Below are positions 9,730 to 18,971 of a DNA stretch of 64,000 nt, piece after piece. The DNA is taken from the NCBI GenBank assembly GCA_016763695.1, contig JAESTH010000158.1, positions 225 to 64,224 of the forward strand, given 5' to 3'. Numbering within the stretch: position 1 is the first letter of the stretch; each line of letters opens with the position of its first letter. The translations under genes were made by a program, and so were the position numbers. The stretch comes from Alcanivoracaceae bacterium (lineage in GTDB: Bacteria; Pseudomonadota; Gammaproteobacteria; Xanthomonadales; Marinicellaceae). Under the pieces are notes generated by a model, which was not told the origin of the DNA, did no database searches, and saw only the letters and a list, made by a program, of their open reading frames with translations.

Positions 9730-10899
9730 TCATTGCACATAGTCGCAGCCGACACACTCATCATTAATGACTCTAAAGATACGCTTGCCATCATCATTTA
9801 CTGAAAACTCTATCGCCTGATGGCTGGTGTCTTCACAGGCAATATGACAACGACCACATTCGATACAGCTATCCTGATCTATCACTGCCTTTGTATCGAA
9901 GTTCATGTTTAATTCATTCCAGTCAACGGTATTGGGGACTGCCATACCACGAAAATCTTCTATGGATTGATAACCTTTGTCATCCATCCAATTGCTTAAG
10001 CCTTGTATCATGTCATCAACAATACGGAAGCCATATAGCATTGCCGCCGTACAAACTTGCAGGCCAACGGCACCAAGTGCAATAAATTCTGCCGCATCAC
10101 GCCAATTTTCAATGCCACCAATGGCTGATATTTTTAAATCTTTGGTATCACTATTACGGGCTATTTCTGCCACCATGTTTAAGGCTATGGGTTTGACCGC
10201 AGTACCGCAGTAACCACCATGCGTACCTTTGCCGTCAACTATAGGGTTAGGTGCCATTTTATCCAAGTCGACTGAAACGATGGAATTAACTGTATTGATT
10301 AAGGCAACAGCATCGGCCCCACCCTTCATGGCTGCTTCCGCTGACCATAATATATTGGTAATATTGGGTGTCAGTTTAGTAAAAACTGGAATATCCACGA
10401 CATCTTTGACCCAACGGGTGACTTTTTCGACCATTTCTGGCACTTGTCCAATGGCTGAACCCATACCACGTTCACACATGCCATGTGGGCAACCCAGGTT
10501 CAGTTCTATGCCTTGTACGCCGGCATCAGCTATTTTTATCGCCAACTCTTTCCATGCTCTTTCTTCTATCACTGCCATCATTGAGCCGATAATAACCCGG
10601 TCAGGCCATTCTTTTCGGACTTGGCGAATTTCATCCAGATTGGTTTGTAGCGGTCTATCACTTATTAATTCGATGTTGTTTATACCGACTATGCTGCGAT
10701 TATTATTTTTATGAACGCCATACCTGCTGGCAACATTGATAACTGGTGGATCTTCGCCCAATGTTTTCCAGACAACGCCGCCCCAGCCTGCTTCAAAGGC
10801 GCGTACTACATTGGTGTATTTATCAGTTGGGGGAGCTGATGCCAGCCAGAAAGGATTGATGCTTTCTATACCAGCGATATTACATTTTAAATTGGCCAT
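9730..10899 (-). CDS. preA: NAD-dependent dihydropyrimidine dehydrogenase subunit PreA; the C-terminus appears frameshifted, with the conserved end continuing in another frame to 9629
   Basis: DHOD/DPD-type TIM barrel (GIELNLGCPHGM). The first ferredoxin motif CIECGRCHIAC is intact. The second motif starts CVGC and then the ORF stops. In a second frame of the same strand the next 40 codons read RLCAMICPVPNCIEMVEVENNLPYMAWPDNPLNPMNSK. Confidence 0.85.
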   Translation of the reverse strand: MANLKCNIAGIESINPFWLASAPPTDKYTNVVRAFEAGWGGVVWKTLGEDPPVINVASRYGVHKNNNRSIVGINNIELISDRPLQTNLDEIRQVRKEWPDRVIIGSMMAVIEERAWKELAIKIADAGVQGIELNLGCPHGMCERGMGSAIGQVPEMVEKVTRWVKDVVDIPVFTKLTPNITNILWSAEAAMKGGADAVALINTVNSIVSVDLDKMAPNPIVDGKGTHGGYCGTAVKPIALNMVAEIARNSDTKDLKISAIGGIENWRDAAEFIALGAVGLQVCTAAMLYGFRIVDDMIQGLSNWMDDKGYQSIEDFRGMAVPNTVDWNELNMNFDTKAVIDQDSCIECGRCHIACEDTSHQAIEFSVNDDGKRIFRVINDECVGCDYVQ

Positions 10900-10900
10900 G

Positions 10901-12247
10901 TTATTTCTCCTCCTGAGTTAAATATGCATCCATTGCGTGTGCTGCCTGTTTGCCATCTTCTACGGCCTGTACAGTTAAATCTTCGCCTGTATTTATGGCA
11001 TCTCCTCCTGCGAAGACTCCTTTTAGTGATGTTTCATAATTTTTATTGATAATTATTTTTCCTCTTTCAATACTTACACCTTTAAGTGCAGAGTTATTAA
11101 GCTTTTGGCCAATGGCTTTAAGTATCATGTCAGCTTTAATGGTATATGTGTCATCGGTAGGCAGTAGTTTTCCATCTTTTATTATTGTCTTGTTGAGCTC
11201 GATGGCTGTGACTTCTGTATCACCGATAATAGTTGCAGGTGCTGACCACAATTTGATATGGACATCATTGCTACGGGCAAGATTAACTTCATATTCGGTT
11301 GCACTCATTTGTTCTTCACCTCGTCGATATACTAAGGTGACATTCTCTGCGCCCAGGCGTTTGGCTTGTACCGCGACATCAATAGCGGTGTTGCCTGCGC
11401 CGATAACAATCACATCATTACCAATCTTGACTTGTGCTTTGTCTGTGCTTTGTCTGAGTGTTTCAATAAAATCAACAGCATCACTGATTCCTGTTAAATT
11501 TTCCTTTTCTAAACCTAAATTATAGGTCTGACCCAGGCCAATCCCAATAAATACCGCATCATGATTTTGCTGTAAATACTGTAATGAAATATTATCACCC
11601 ATTATTTGATCGTGTTTAATTGTTATACCACCGATGGCAAGTAAAAAATCAACTTCTGTCTGTGCCCAGTCATCAACCATTTTATAGGCAGCAAGGCCGT
11701 ATTCATTTAAGCCACCTGATTTGGCTTTTGCTTCATAGATTGTCACTTGATGACCTAATATGGCTGCTCTGTGTGCACAGGATAATCCAGCTGGGCCGGC
11801 ACCAATTATGGCAATGTGTTTGCCCGTATCTTTTTGCCTTGTAAAAGGGTGGGTATCATTATGACTAATAAAGCTATCAACGGCGTGACGCTGCAATAAG
11901 CCAATTTCAATGGGTTGTTCTACAGCGCTATTTAATACGCAAACTTCTTCGCATAGTACCTCTGTTGGGCAGACACGTGCACATGTTCCACCCATAATAT
12001 TTTGTGACAGTATTGTTTTTGCGGCACCATTGATGTTCTCGGTACGAATTTGATGAATAAAAGTAGGAATGTCTATTGATGTAGGACAAGCCTGTATGCA
12101 TGGGGCATCATAGCAATAAAGACATCGATCGGATTCTGCTATTGCCTGTTGTAAGTTCAGTGGTTTATGTAAATTATCGAAATTGTTATTGATCTTTGCT
12201 GTAGTCAACGGCCTTCCATTGACAGTATTGCACGGTTCTGGTGCCAT
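10901..12247 (-). CDS. preT: NAD-dependent dihydropyrimidine dehydrogenase subunit PreT (GltD-like)
   Basis: Fe-S motifs CLYCYDAPCIQACP and CARVCP. Dinucleotide folds IAIIGAGPAGLSCA and VIVIGAGNTAID. It lies directly upstream of preA. Confidence 0.85.
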   Translation of the reverse strand: MAPEPCNTVNGRPLTTAKINNNFDNLHKPLNLQQAIAESDRCLYCYDAPCIQACPTSIDIPTFIHQIRTENINGAAKTILSQNIMGGTCARVCPTEVLCEEVCVLNSAVEQPIEIGLLQRHAVDSFISHNDTHPFTRQKDTGKHIAIIGAGPAGLSCAHRAAILGHQVTIYEAKAKSGGLNEYGLAAYKMVDDWAQTEVDFLLAIGGITIKHDQIMGDNISLQYLQQNHDAVFIGIGLGQTYNLGLEKENLTGISDAVDFIETLRQSTDKAQVKIGNDVIVIGAGNTAIDVAVQAKRLGAENVTLVYRRGEEQMSATEYEVNLARSNDVHIKLWSAPATIIGDTEVTAIELNKTIIKDGKLLPTDDTYTIKADMILKAIGQKLNNSALKGVSIERGKIIINKNYETSLKGVFAGGDAINTGEDLTVQAVEDGKQAAHAMDAYLTQEEK

Positions 12248-12466
12248 ATGTTGTACCTCTATTGTTTTTTTTATTTATTTTTTTATATTCTTCGATCAGT
12301 GACGATATTCAATTTGTGGCATATTGTCAAGCACAAATTATTATGAAAACAAATAGTCGCACAATATTTAGAGAATCTGTATCTGCTTTTGGGATATATT
12401 AATGATTATTACAGATTGGTTCATTGTCTGTTCAGTTGAAAAAATGTAGTATTCTGACTATAAGCA

Positions 12467-12970
12467 TTGTTAGGAGATGATATTATGCAAATTATTAAAC
12501 TATTTAGCTTGGTATTAATTTTTACCATTAATACTGCCTTGGCAGAAAAACCAGCAACAACTGTAAATTTTAATAACCCTGAGAAGTTCACGGATTTTAA
12601 AACCAGGATACATAGCACAGTTATAGATCGTGAGAAATTGATGGAGCAGTTACAGGGTTTAATGATTAAGTCTGCTGCTAATATTCTTAGCAATGATAGC
12701 AGTCTGCAAATTGTGGTCAACAATATTGATATGGCTGGTGGTTTTTTATATGGTGGGCATCACTTGTTCAGAGTGATCAACGATACTGATAGAATCAGGC
12801 TTGAATTTTCTTATCGTTTGCTTGATATCAGTGGCAGTGTGCTTAAAGAAGATCATGTTAATTTAACCACCAGAAACCCGCGTCTGCTTAAACGGGAAAC
12901 CAAAAAATATAATCATAGCTATTTTTCCAATGAAATGCTTTTGTTTGATAATTGGCTTAGTGGTCTGTGA
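12467..12970 (+). CDS. secreted hypothetical protein (possibly DUF3016 family)
   Basis: Signal peptide (LVLIFTINTALA). About 167 aa. It contains the VNFNNPEKFTDF motif that I associate with DUF3016. The family assignment is from memory only. Confidence 0.5.
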   Translation: MLGDDIMQIIKLFSLVLIFTINTALAEKPATTVNFNNPEKFTDFKTRIHSTVIDREKLMEQLQGLMIKSAANILSNDSSLQIVVNNIDMAGGFLYGGHHLFRVINDTDRIRLEFSYRLLDISGSVLKEDHVNLTTRNPRLLKRETKKYNHSYFSNEMLLFDNWLSGL

Positions 12971-12981
12971 CTTCTCAGGCA

Positions 12982-13998
12982 CTAATTGGTTTGATTTTTA
13001 TGATGGTGGTTTTTGATACCAATGTGATCTGAATAATGTTCTATTTCAATTAGGGTATCGCAGTGAGGGCATGTTAATTCGGTTATTTTTAATTGCATTT
13101 TCTTTAGTTCCCAAATAACTGTTTTTGCATCCTGATTGGAGATAGCCAGCTCATTGGCTAATATACGTAGTTTTTTACGCTCATCCTTATCCAGAATACC
13201 ATCAGATAAATAATTGATAACCCTGTGTCTGAATTTTTCCTTTCTGCGATTGATTTCCTTAGTGAAACCAGAGGCAAGAATACCAGCAGGCAAGGCAGCC
13301 ATACCAATGCCAGACATAAGAATGACAATGCCAAATATTTTGCCAGCAGCACTTAAGGGTACAACATCACCATATCCTACGGTTGTTAGTGTCACAGTTG
13401 CCCACCAAATGGCTTTTGGGATGGTGCCAAAGGCTACTGGCTGGTTATTACCTTCAACTATGTGCATGCCTGTGGCGGCAATGATGATTAAAATTGATAA
13501 AACAAAAAAGGCCGAAAAAATATTGGCACTTTCCTGCTTCAGTACCGAGATTAATAAGTTCATAGATCGAGAATAGCGGGTCAGTTTAAATACCCTGACT
13601 AGTCTTAAGCCTCTTAAAATCATTAAATCTCTATAGATAAAGAAGCCAAACCACACGGGTAATATAGCCATAAGGTCAATGATGGCCATCGGCGTAAAAA
13701 TGTACTTTATCCTGCCTCTTAATGATCGATATTTCTTGATTTCTCCACTTGACCAGACCCGAAATATATATTCTATGGTAAATACACCTAAAGAAATGGC
13801 CTCTAATACCCAAAAAAATAATTGATAGCGGTGATAGATTTCGGCATCACTTTCTAGAATGACTGCAACGACGGTTAACAATATTAAAATCATTAAAAAA
13901 TAATGTATGAGTTCTGCAAATTTAGAATGGGTTTCCCGCTCTAATATCATATATACTTTTTTTCTAAATGATTTATTCTGTTGTTTAGTTACGTTCAT
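12982..13998 (-). CDS. voltage-gated-type potassium channel
   Basis: S4-like Arg repeat LRGLRLVRVFKLTRYSR. K+ selectivity filter TTVGYGD. Six TM segments plus a cytoplasmic tail. Confidence 0.8.
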   Translation of the reverse strand: MNVTKQQNKSFRKKVYMILERETHSKFAELIHYFLMILILLTVVAVILESDAEIYHRYQLFFWVLEAISLGVFTIEYIFRVWSSGEIKKYRSLRGRIKYIFTPMAIIDLMAILPVWFGFFIYRDLMILRGLRLVRVFKLTRYSRSMNLLISVLKQESANIFSAFFVLSILIIIAATGMHIVEGNNQPVAFGTIPKAIWWATVTLTTVGYGDVVPLSAAGKIFGIVILMSGIGMAALPAGILASGFTKEINRRKEKFRHRVINYLSDGILDKDERKKLRILANELAISNQDAKTVIWELKKMQLKITELTCPHCDTLIEIEHYSDHIGIKNHHHKNQTN

Positions 13999-14039
13999 GA
14001 TTTATTCTATAATTATAAAAGATAATTTTATACGACCAT

Positions 14040-14889
14040 TCATGTGGTTTTCTTTAAAAATATCCCACTAATAAAAATTAAACCAATGATAATGATAGGT
14101 ATGGTTAAAACTTGTCCCATTGTCATCCAGTCAAATGCAATAAAACCGCGATTGGCATCAGGTTCTCTGAAAAACTCTACACTAAACCTTGATACACCAT
14201 AGCACAATAGGAATGTTCCAGCGGCTATACCATTTCTGCTGAATTTTCTAGCCACAAGCCAGACAATGATAAAAGTAATAAGACCTTCCAGAAAAGCTTC
14301 ATATAAAGGTGATGGGTGTCTGGAATTCATTTAATAAGCCCTGTTGATTTAATACCTGCAATTTCTCTATGGGTTGATTCCACAGACTTGCAGGTAATGA
14401 GTCAGGAAAAATCATGGCCCAGGGTTTATCAGTTAAGCGTCCCCATAATTCACCATTAATAAAGTTTCCTATTCTTACTGAGCCTATCCCAAGGGCACCA
14501 AGAGGGGCAACAAAGTCAGCAATTTCAAAAAAACCTTTTTGAGTCTTGTGTTTGAAATAAAACATGGCAATGATGACACCAGCCAAACCACCATGAAATG
14601 ACATGCCGCCACCCTGTACTTTAAAAGGCAGTAGCGGATCATCCATTAATGATATGTCGCTATAAAACAGTACCCAGCCAATCCTACCACCAAGAATAAC
14701 TCCCAAAGCACCATAAAATAGAAAGTCGGAGACATGTTCTTTAGTCCACGATGTATTGTAATTTTTAACTTGATAATTACCCAATAAGATAAATAGGCCA
14801 AAGCCAATTAAATAGGTAATGGCATACCAGTGAATTTTTATTGGGCCAAGATTAAGGAAAACAGGATCGAAGCTAACTAAATAATGCAT
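14040..14889 (-). pseudogene. lgt: prolipoprotein diacylglyceryl transferase, split by an apparent 1-nt frameshift near 14324-14330
   Basis: The N-terminal part (ORF 14299-15078, likely true start ATG at 14889: MHYLVSFDPVFLNLGPIKIHWY ... GGMSFHGGL ... GNFINGELWG) stops at 14299. The C-terminal part continues in another frame from the overlap region (SRHPSPLYEAFLEG ... EFFREPD). Joined, the two parts are collinear with full-length Lgt. Confidence 0.8.
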
Positions 14890-14935
14890 ATAATTGTAGA
14901 TAAAGACAAAATTATATTTTACCCTGAATTCTTGC

Positions 14936-15460
14936 CTAGTTACAAATATTGTTAGAAATTGGTTTGGATTGTTTAATTCTTCCTGCATTGTTGATAATGA
15001 TAGATTTGGCAAATTTCTTGCCTCTTTCATCACAGAAGTTGATGGATACATTGGTTCCTGGCGAAAATCCGAGAGCATTATAACGAATTTTTTGTCTGTA
15101 AATTGATGATGTGGCTTTGACTTCCGTTTTCATGGCATCTTCGTAGCGAAGCAATAATTCATCATCATCCAGTGCTCTGTTTCTATTATTATCAACAAAT
15201 ACAATCCAACCTTGATACCAGTTAGACTGGTTATCGCAATCTGCCCCAGAAATACTGGGGCAGATAATGACTTGCCTCTGTTTGGATATGGCATGGTATC
15301 GGGCAAAATTTAGTGATGTAGTTAAACGGTTTCTTTCACTGTTCATTATGGTGTTTAGTCTCAATTGGTAGAAACTTGGTAATGCGTAGCTCATTAATAT
15401 TACCGCAATTGTTAAGGTGATCATGAGTTCTATGATGGTGTACCCTTTATTGATTTTCAT
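14936..15460 (-). CDS. GspH/FimT-family type IV minor (pseudo)pilin
   Basis: N-terminal prepilin cleavage/methylation motif KGYTIIELMITLTIAVIL. About 170 aa. Confidence 0.7.
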   Translation of the reverse strand: MKINKGYTIIELMITLTIAVILMSYALPSFYQLRLNTIMNSERNRLTTSLNFARYHAISKQRQVIICPSISGADCDNQSNWYQGWIVFVDNNRNRALDDDELLLRYEDAMKTEVKATSSIYRQKIRYNALGFSPGTNVSINFCDERGKKFAKSIIINNAGRIKQSKPISNNICN

Positions 15461-15634
15461 TTATTAATCCTTTTTTTTAGGTTACCCCCTATTGTATTTA
15501 TAAATTAATTTAATGGTATAGGTAAAAACAGTTGGATTTGTAGGAATTTACCAATATGTTTGTAGTAAAAACTCTACAAACGGGGAATATAATGTATGAT
15601 AATATTATTGATGAATACTTATTTGGAATAAAAC

Positions 15635-16870
15635 ATGCATGACATTGCCATACTTGCCATTATTTGGTTTAGCGTTTTTGTTGCGTCCTATCTGGCTTAT
15701 AAAACCAGATTGACGCCAGTACTTTGGTACTTGTTTTGTGGGGCTATTTTGGTTAATCTGGGTGTGGTTCCAGTTGAAATGCCTGTATTTATTGATGATT
15801 TTGCAGAACTGGGTATTATTGTTATTATGTTTGCGCTAGGTTTTGAAGAAGAAACAGATAATTTTATCAGTGGTATCAAGCGAAGTTGGGGTATTGCCCT
15901 GTTTGGAGCAATAGCTCCGTTTGTTATTGCTTATTCTGCAGCTTTAATATTTTGGGGTGATAAAAGTATGGCGCTTTTATGTGGTTTGGCAATGACTGCG
16001 ACAGCGGTCTCATTAACCATGGTGTCATTGAAAAGTGAGGGTTTGAGTAAATCACCTGCTGCTACGGGGATAATGACTTCTGCCATATTGGATGATATCG
16101 CCTCGTTGGCATTGGTGGCGATACTTGTGCCTATTGCCGCAGGTGAGGCTTCTCTTACTGTATCAGGTGTTTTATTTATACTGGGTAAGGCTCTGGGTTT
16201 CTTTTTGACGGTTGCTGTTATTGGTAAATGGGTATTTCCTTCTAGTAAAGGTATATTGAAAATAATACCTGTTGTGGGTTGGTTCAATTTGCGCAAGGTT
16301 TTAGCGATGGGTCATGGCGAATATGCGGTACTGGCATTATTGCTTATTGCTGTTAGTGTTGGTTTACTAGCACATTACTTTGGCTTTCATCCTGCTATTG
16401 GTGCTTATATGGCTGGTTTGGTCATACACAGAGATTATTTTGATTTTAATGAAGAGAAAAGAGTGGACTACTTTAAACAGGCACGTGAGATCATTGATAA
16501 TGTTGCATTTACCTGGATAGGCCCAGTATTTTTTGTTACTTTAGGTACTAAACTTATCTTTGATCTTGAACTTTTTACTTCTGTTTTACCAGAGGCTTTT
16601 ATTTTGTTTGTTGCCCTATTTATTGGTCAGGTATCATCTGCATCACTGGCAGCACGTTATACTGGAAAGTTTGACTGGCCATCCAGTTTGATGATTGGTT
16701 TTGGTATGTTAGGCAGAGCGGAGCTGGCCTTTGTGGTGATGAATATTGCTTTTGTGCAGTATAGTATCATGTCCGTTGAAGCATTTTATACATTAATGCT
16801 GACTACTTTTTTCTTAAATATATCTGTGCCATTGACCATCCGCTGGTGGAAGTACAAGTTTCAGAGTTAG
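15635..16870 (+). CDS. cation:proton antiporter (Na+/H+ exchanger family, CPA type)
   Basis: 411-aa polytopic membrane protein. Its features are typical of Na_H_Exchanger proteins (ILDDIASLALVAILVPI, GAYMAGL). Confidence 0.75.
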   Translation: MHDIAILAIIWFSVFVASYLAYKTRLTPVLWYLFCGAILVNLGVVPVEMPVFIDDFAELGIIVIMFALGFEEETDNFISGIKRSWGIALFGAIAPFVIAYSAALIFWGDKSMALLCGLAMTATAVSLTMVSLKSEGLSKSPAATGIMTSAILDDIASLALVAILVPIAAGEASLTVSGVLFILGKALGFFLTVAVIGKWVFPSSKGILKIIPVVGWFNLRKVLAMGHGEYAVLALLLIAVSVGLLAHYFGFHPAIGAYMAGLVIHRDYFDFNEEKRVDYFKQAREIIDNVAFTWIGPVFFVTLGTKLIFDLELFTSVLPEAFILFVALFIGQVSSASLAARYTGKFDWPSSLMIGFGMLGRAELAFVVMNIAFVQYSIMSVEAFYTLMLTTFFLNISVPLTIRWWKYKFQS

Positions 16871-16890
16871 CATGATAAGAGCTCTGAATT

Positions 16891-16936
16891 GTAACTACCC
16901 ACCCCGCCATTCCCCCAAAGGTGGGGATCTATTGGT
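16891..16936 (+). repeat. half copy (one terminal arm) of the MITE-like repeat family
   Basis: GTAACTACCCACCCCGCCATTCCCCCAAAGGTGGGGATCTATTGG aligns with the arm at 58110-58158 and with the reverse complements of the 6559 and 52221 ends. Confidence 0.55.
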
Positions 16937-16951
16937 GAAGTTTGCCAGGAT

Positions 16952-18040
16952 TTAAGATTTTCTTGACAATATGTATTGTTGTGCTTTCGTCATTATATTA
17001 ACAAAGGCCTGTTCCTGATCGTTATTAACCACAGTTATGATTCTCTGTACGGCATCACCCAAAGCATTTAATGTTGATTTGGAATAATTATTTAATTTCT
17101 GTATCTCGAAGTATAGGTGTGGGTTTTCTGCCACCACATTCTCTCCGATTGATAATTGTGCATCAAAAGTGGTGCTAGAAAGCCTGGATAGTGTCTCTGC
17201 AGCCTCGCCAGATTCTGATAATACAGTCATGAAGGCAATGTTGATGACATGTGATAAGCCGAGTATGTAAGCAATGAGCCTGTCATGATCTTCAAGTTGC
17301 ATATCAATTTGTTCGACCATGGTGGGTTGAAACAGTTGCTTAACTTTTAATACAGATTCTGAGTCGCCTAAATTAATGAAGATGACATGCTTGTTTGATA
17401 ATAATTTGATACCTGGGCCAAACATGGGATGAATTGAAACCACCTTACAACCAGAGTCAACCAGCTGCATTAATGGTAGTTTTAATGGACTCTTAATTGA
17501 GCCAATATCCAGTACAATACCCAGGGGGTTTAATTTTGACAGATCCTGTAAAATTTGTGCGCTGGCAGCAATTGGTGCTGCTACTATTATGTATTCATAA
17601 TCCAGTTCTGAATTTTTATAATCGATGTTATTGTGATCATTATTTATATCAGAGATATCGACCTTAAATCCCTGGTTATTCAAAAATTGTGCAAACCATT
17701 GTCCCATTTTTCCCAAGCCGCCAATGATTAATGCTGATTTACTTGAACCATATCCCGAGGTGTTGATCTTTTGATTTTCTTGTTTTTCAAGGGAAGTCTT
17801 AATGATTAGGGTAAATATCTGTTTTGCAATTTCTGGGTCGACTTTTTTAGCTTTGGCAAAATTCATAATATTATCAATGACTTGCTTTTCTCTTTGGTAG
17901 TCCCTTGTTGGTGACTTTGTGTTAAGTTTCACAGAACCGATGGCATCAACATTCATTTGTCGTTCAGCCAATAGGCTTATAATTTGTTCATCAATTAAAT
18001 CGAGGTTTTTGCGGAGTGTATCAAGTTTTGAGTTTTCCAT
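16952..18040 (-). CDS. tyrA: bifunctional chorismate mutase / prephenate dehydrogenase
   Basis: N-terminal chorismate mutase helices (LRKNLDLIDEQIISLLAERQ). NAD fold ALIIGGLGKMGQWFA. Prephenate dehydrogenase region SIHPMFGP. Confidence 0.8.
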   Translation of the reverse strand: MENSKLDTLRKNLDLIDEQIISLLAERQMNVDAIGSVKLNTKSPTRDYQREKQVIDNIMNFAKAKKVDPEIAKQIFTLIIKTSLEKQENQKINTSGYGSSKSALIIGGLGKMGQWFAQFLNNQGFKVDISDINNDHNNIDYKNSELDYEYIIVAAPIAASAQILQDLSKLNPLGIVLDIGSIKSPLKLPLMQLVDSGCKVVSIHPMFGPGIKLLSNKHVIFINLGDSESVLKVKQLFQPTMVEQIDMQLEDHDRLIAYILGLSHVINIAFMTVLSESGEAAETLSRLSSTTFDAQLSIGENVVAENPHLYFEIQKLNNYSKSTLNALGDAVQRIITVVNNDQEQAFVNIMTKAQQYILSRKS

Positions 18041-18123
18041 CTTGTTTATGGTTTATCTTCGTAATCAAATAGGGTAAGATTGTAACAATTATTTATAGAA
18101 AAATTAATATTTGGGGAAATTTT

Positions 18124-18825
18124 ATGAAAAAAATAATGTTTATGTTGATTGTTTCACTATTGGCATCAGTTGCTTTTGCAAAAGATGATCGACCAGTGGT
18201 AGCAGTTTTAGAGTTTAAAAATGAAACATCAGCTTCCTGGTGGTATTCAGGAGTGGGTAGAGAATTAAGTGACATGCTTTCTAATGAGCTATTGGGAACA
18301 GGCGTATTTAAAGTTGTTGAAAGAAAAAAATTAAACAGTGTTTTATCAGAACAGGATTTAGGTGCTTCAGGTAGAGTGTCCAAGAGTTCAGCCGCTAAAA
18401 TGGGTAAAATTACCGGGGCTCAGTATTTAGTTACCGGTTCTGTTTCTCATTTTGAAGAATCAGGCAAATCTGGTGGTGGTTTAAGTTTTAAAGGTTTTTC
18501 AGTTGGTGGTAAAAAGAAAACCGCTTCATTGGCGATTGATATCCGTGTTATCAATGCAACCACTGGTGAAATTGAGTATGCTCGCACAGTTGAGGCAACT
18601 TCTAAAAGTGGTGGTATGAGTCTTGGTTTTAATAAAAGAGGGTTTGGCGGCAAGTTAGGTAAGGAAAAGAAAACACCTACAGGTAAGGCCATTCGTGCTG
18701 TGTTGATCGAAGCCACTGACTATTTAGCCTGTGTGATGTATGATCAGGATAGTTGCATGAAAGAATACAGAGCAAAAGAACGCAGAAGAAGAGCAAAAAC
18801 TAAATCTGCTGTTGATTTGGATTAA
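18124..18825 (+). CDS. CsgG/HfaB-family secretion-component-like protein
   Basis: Signal peptide, then VAVLEFKNETS ... GRELSDMLSNELLGTGVFKVVERKKLNSVLSEQDL, which is typical of the CsgG family. It has a basic C-terminal tail and no lipobox Cys. Confidence 0.6.
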   Translation: MKKIMFMLIVSLLASVAFAKDDRPVVAVLEFKNETSASWWYSGVGRELSDMLSNELLGTGVFKVVERKKLNSVLSEQDLGASGRVSKSSAAKMGKITGAQYLVTGSVSHFEESGKSGGGLSFKGFSVGGKKKTASLAIDIRVINATTGEIEYARTVEATSKSGGMSLGFNKRGFGGKLGKEKKTPTGKAIRAVLIEATDYLACVMYDQDSCMKEYRAKERRRRAKTKSAVDLD

Positions 18826-18844
18826 TAGTTGTTTTTGATTTAAA

Positions 18845-18874
18845 AGAGACCAGAGTTATCTCTGGTTTTTTTTT
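18845..18874 (+). terminator. rho-independent terminator
   Basis: Stem ACCAGAG / CTCTGGT with loop TTAT, followed by a run of 9 T. Confidence 0.7.
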
Positions 18875-18971
18875 GCTTGGTTGTTTTTGACTCTGGAGGT
18901 TGCAAAAAAAATGGGTGGTTAATCTAAAGATCAACCACCCATCATTTTATCACATATTGTTATGCTTTAGC

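Noticed and set aside
10229-11525. Long plus-strand ORFs (161 aa and 159 aa) inside preA and preT, and similar antisense ORFs at 7522-7839, 15931-16296, 23053-23430, 28471-28857, 35732-36133 and 54903-55301.
   Set aside because: All lie antisense to genes with strong family signatures. Their composition is biased and low-complexity, and they have no start signals. They are typical shadow ORFs.
12321-12349. 8-bp inverted repeat AATTTGTG-N13-CACAAATT upstream of preT as a regulator operator.
   Set aside because: The arms are short and AT-rich in an AT-rich promoter region, so chance occurrence is plausible. I found no second copy to support it.
14890-15078. N-terminal 63-residue extension of the lgt ORF as drawn in the track.
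   Set aside because: It overlaps the 3' end of the fimT-like gene. Homology to Lgt begins at MHYLVSFDPV (ATG at 14889).
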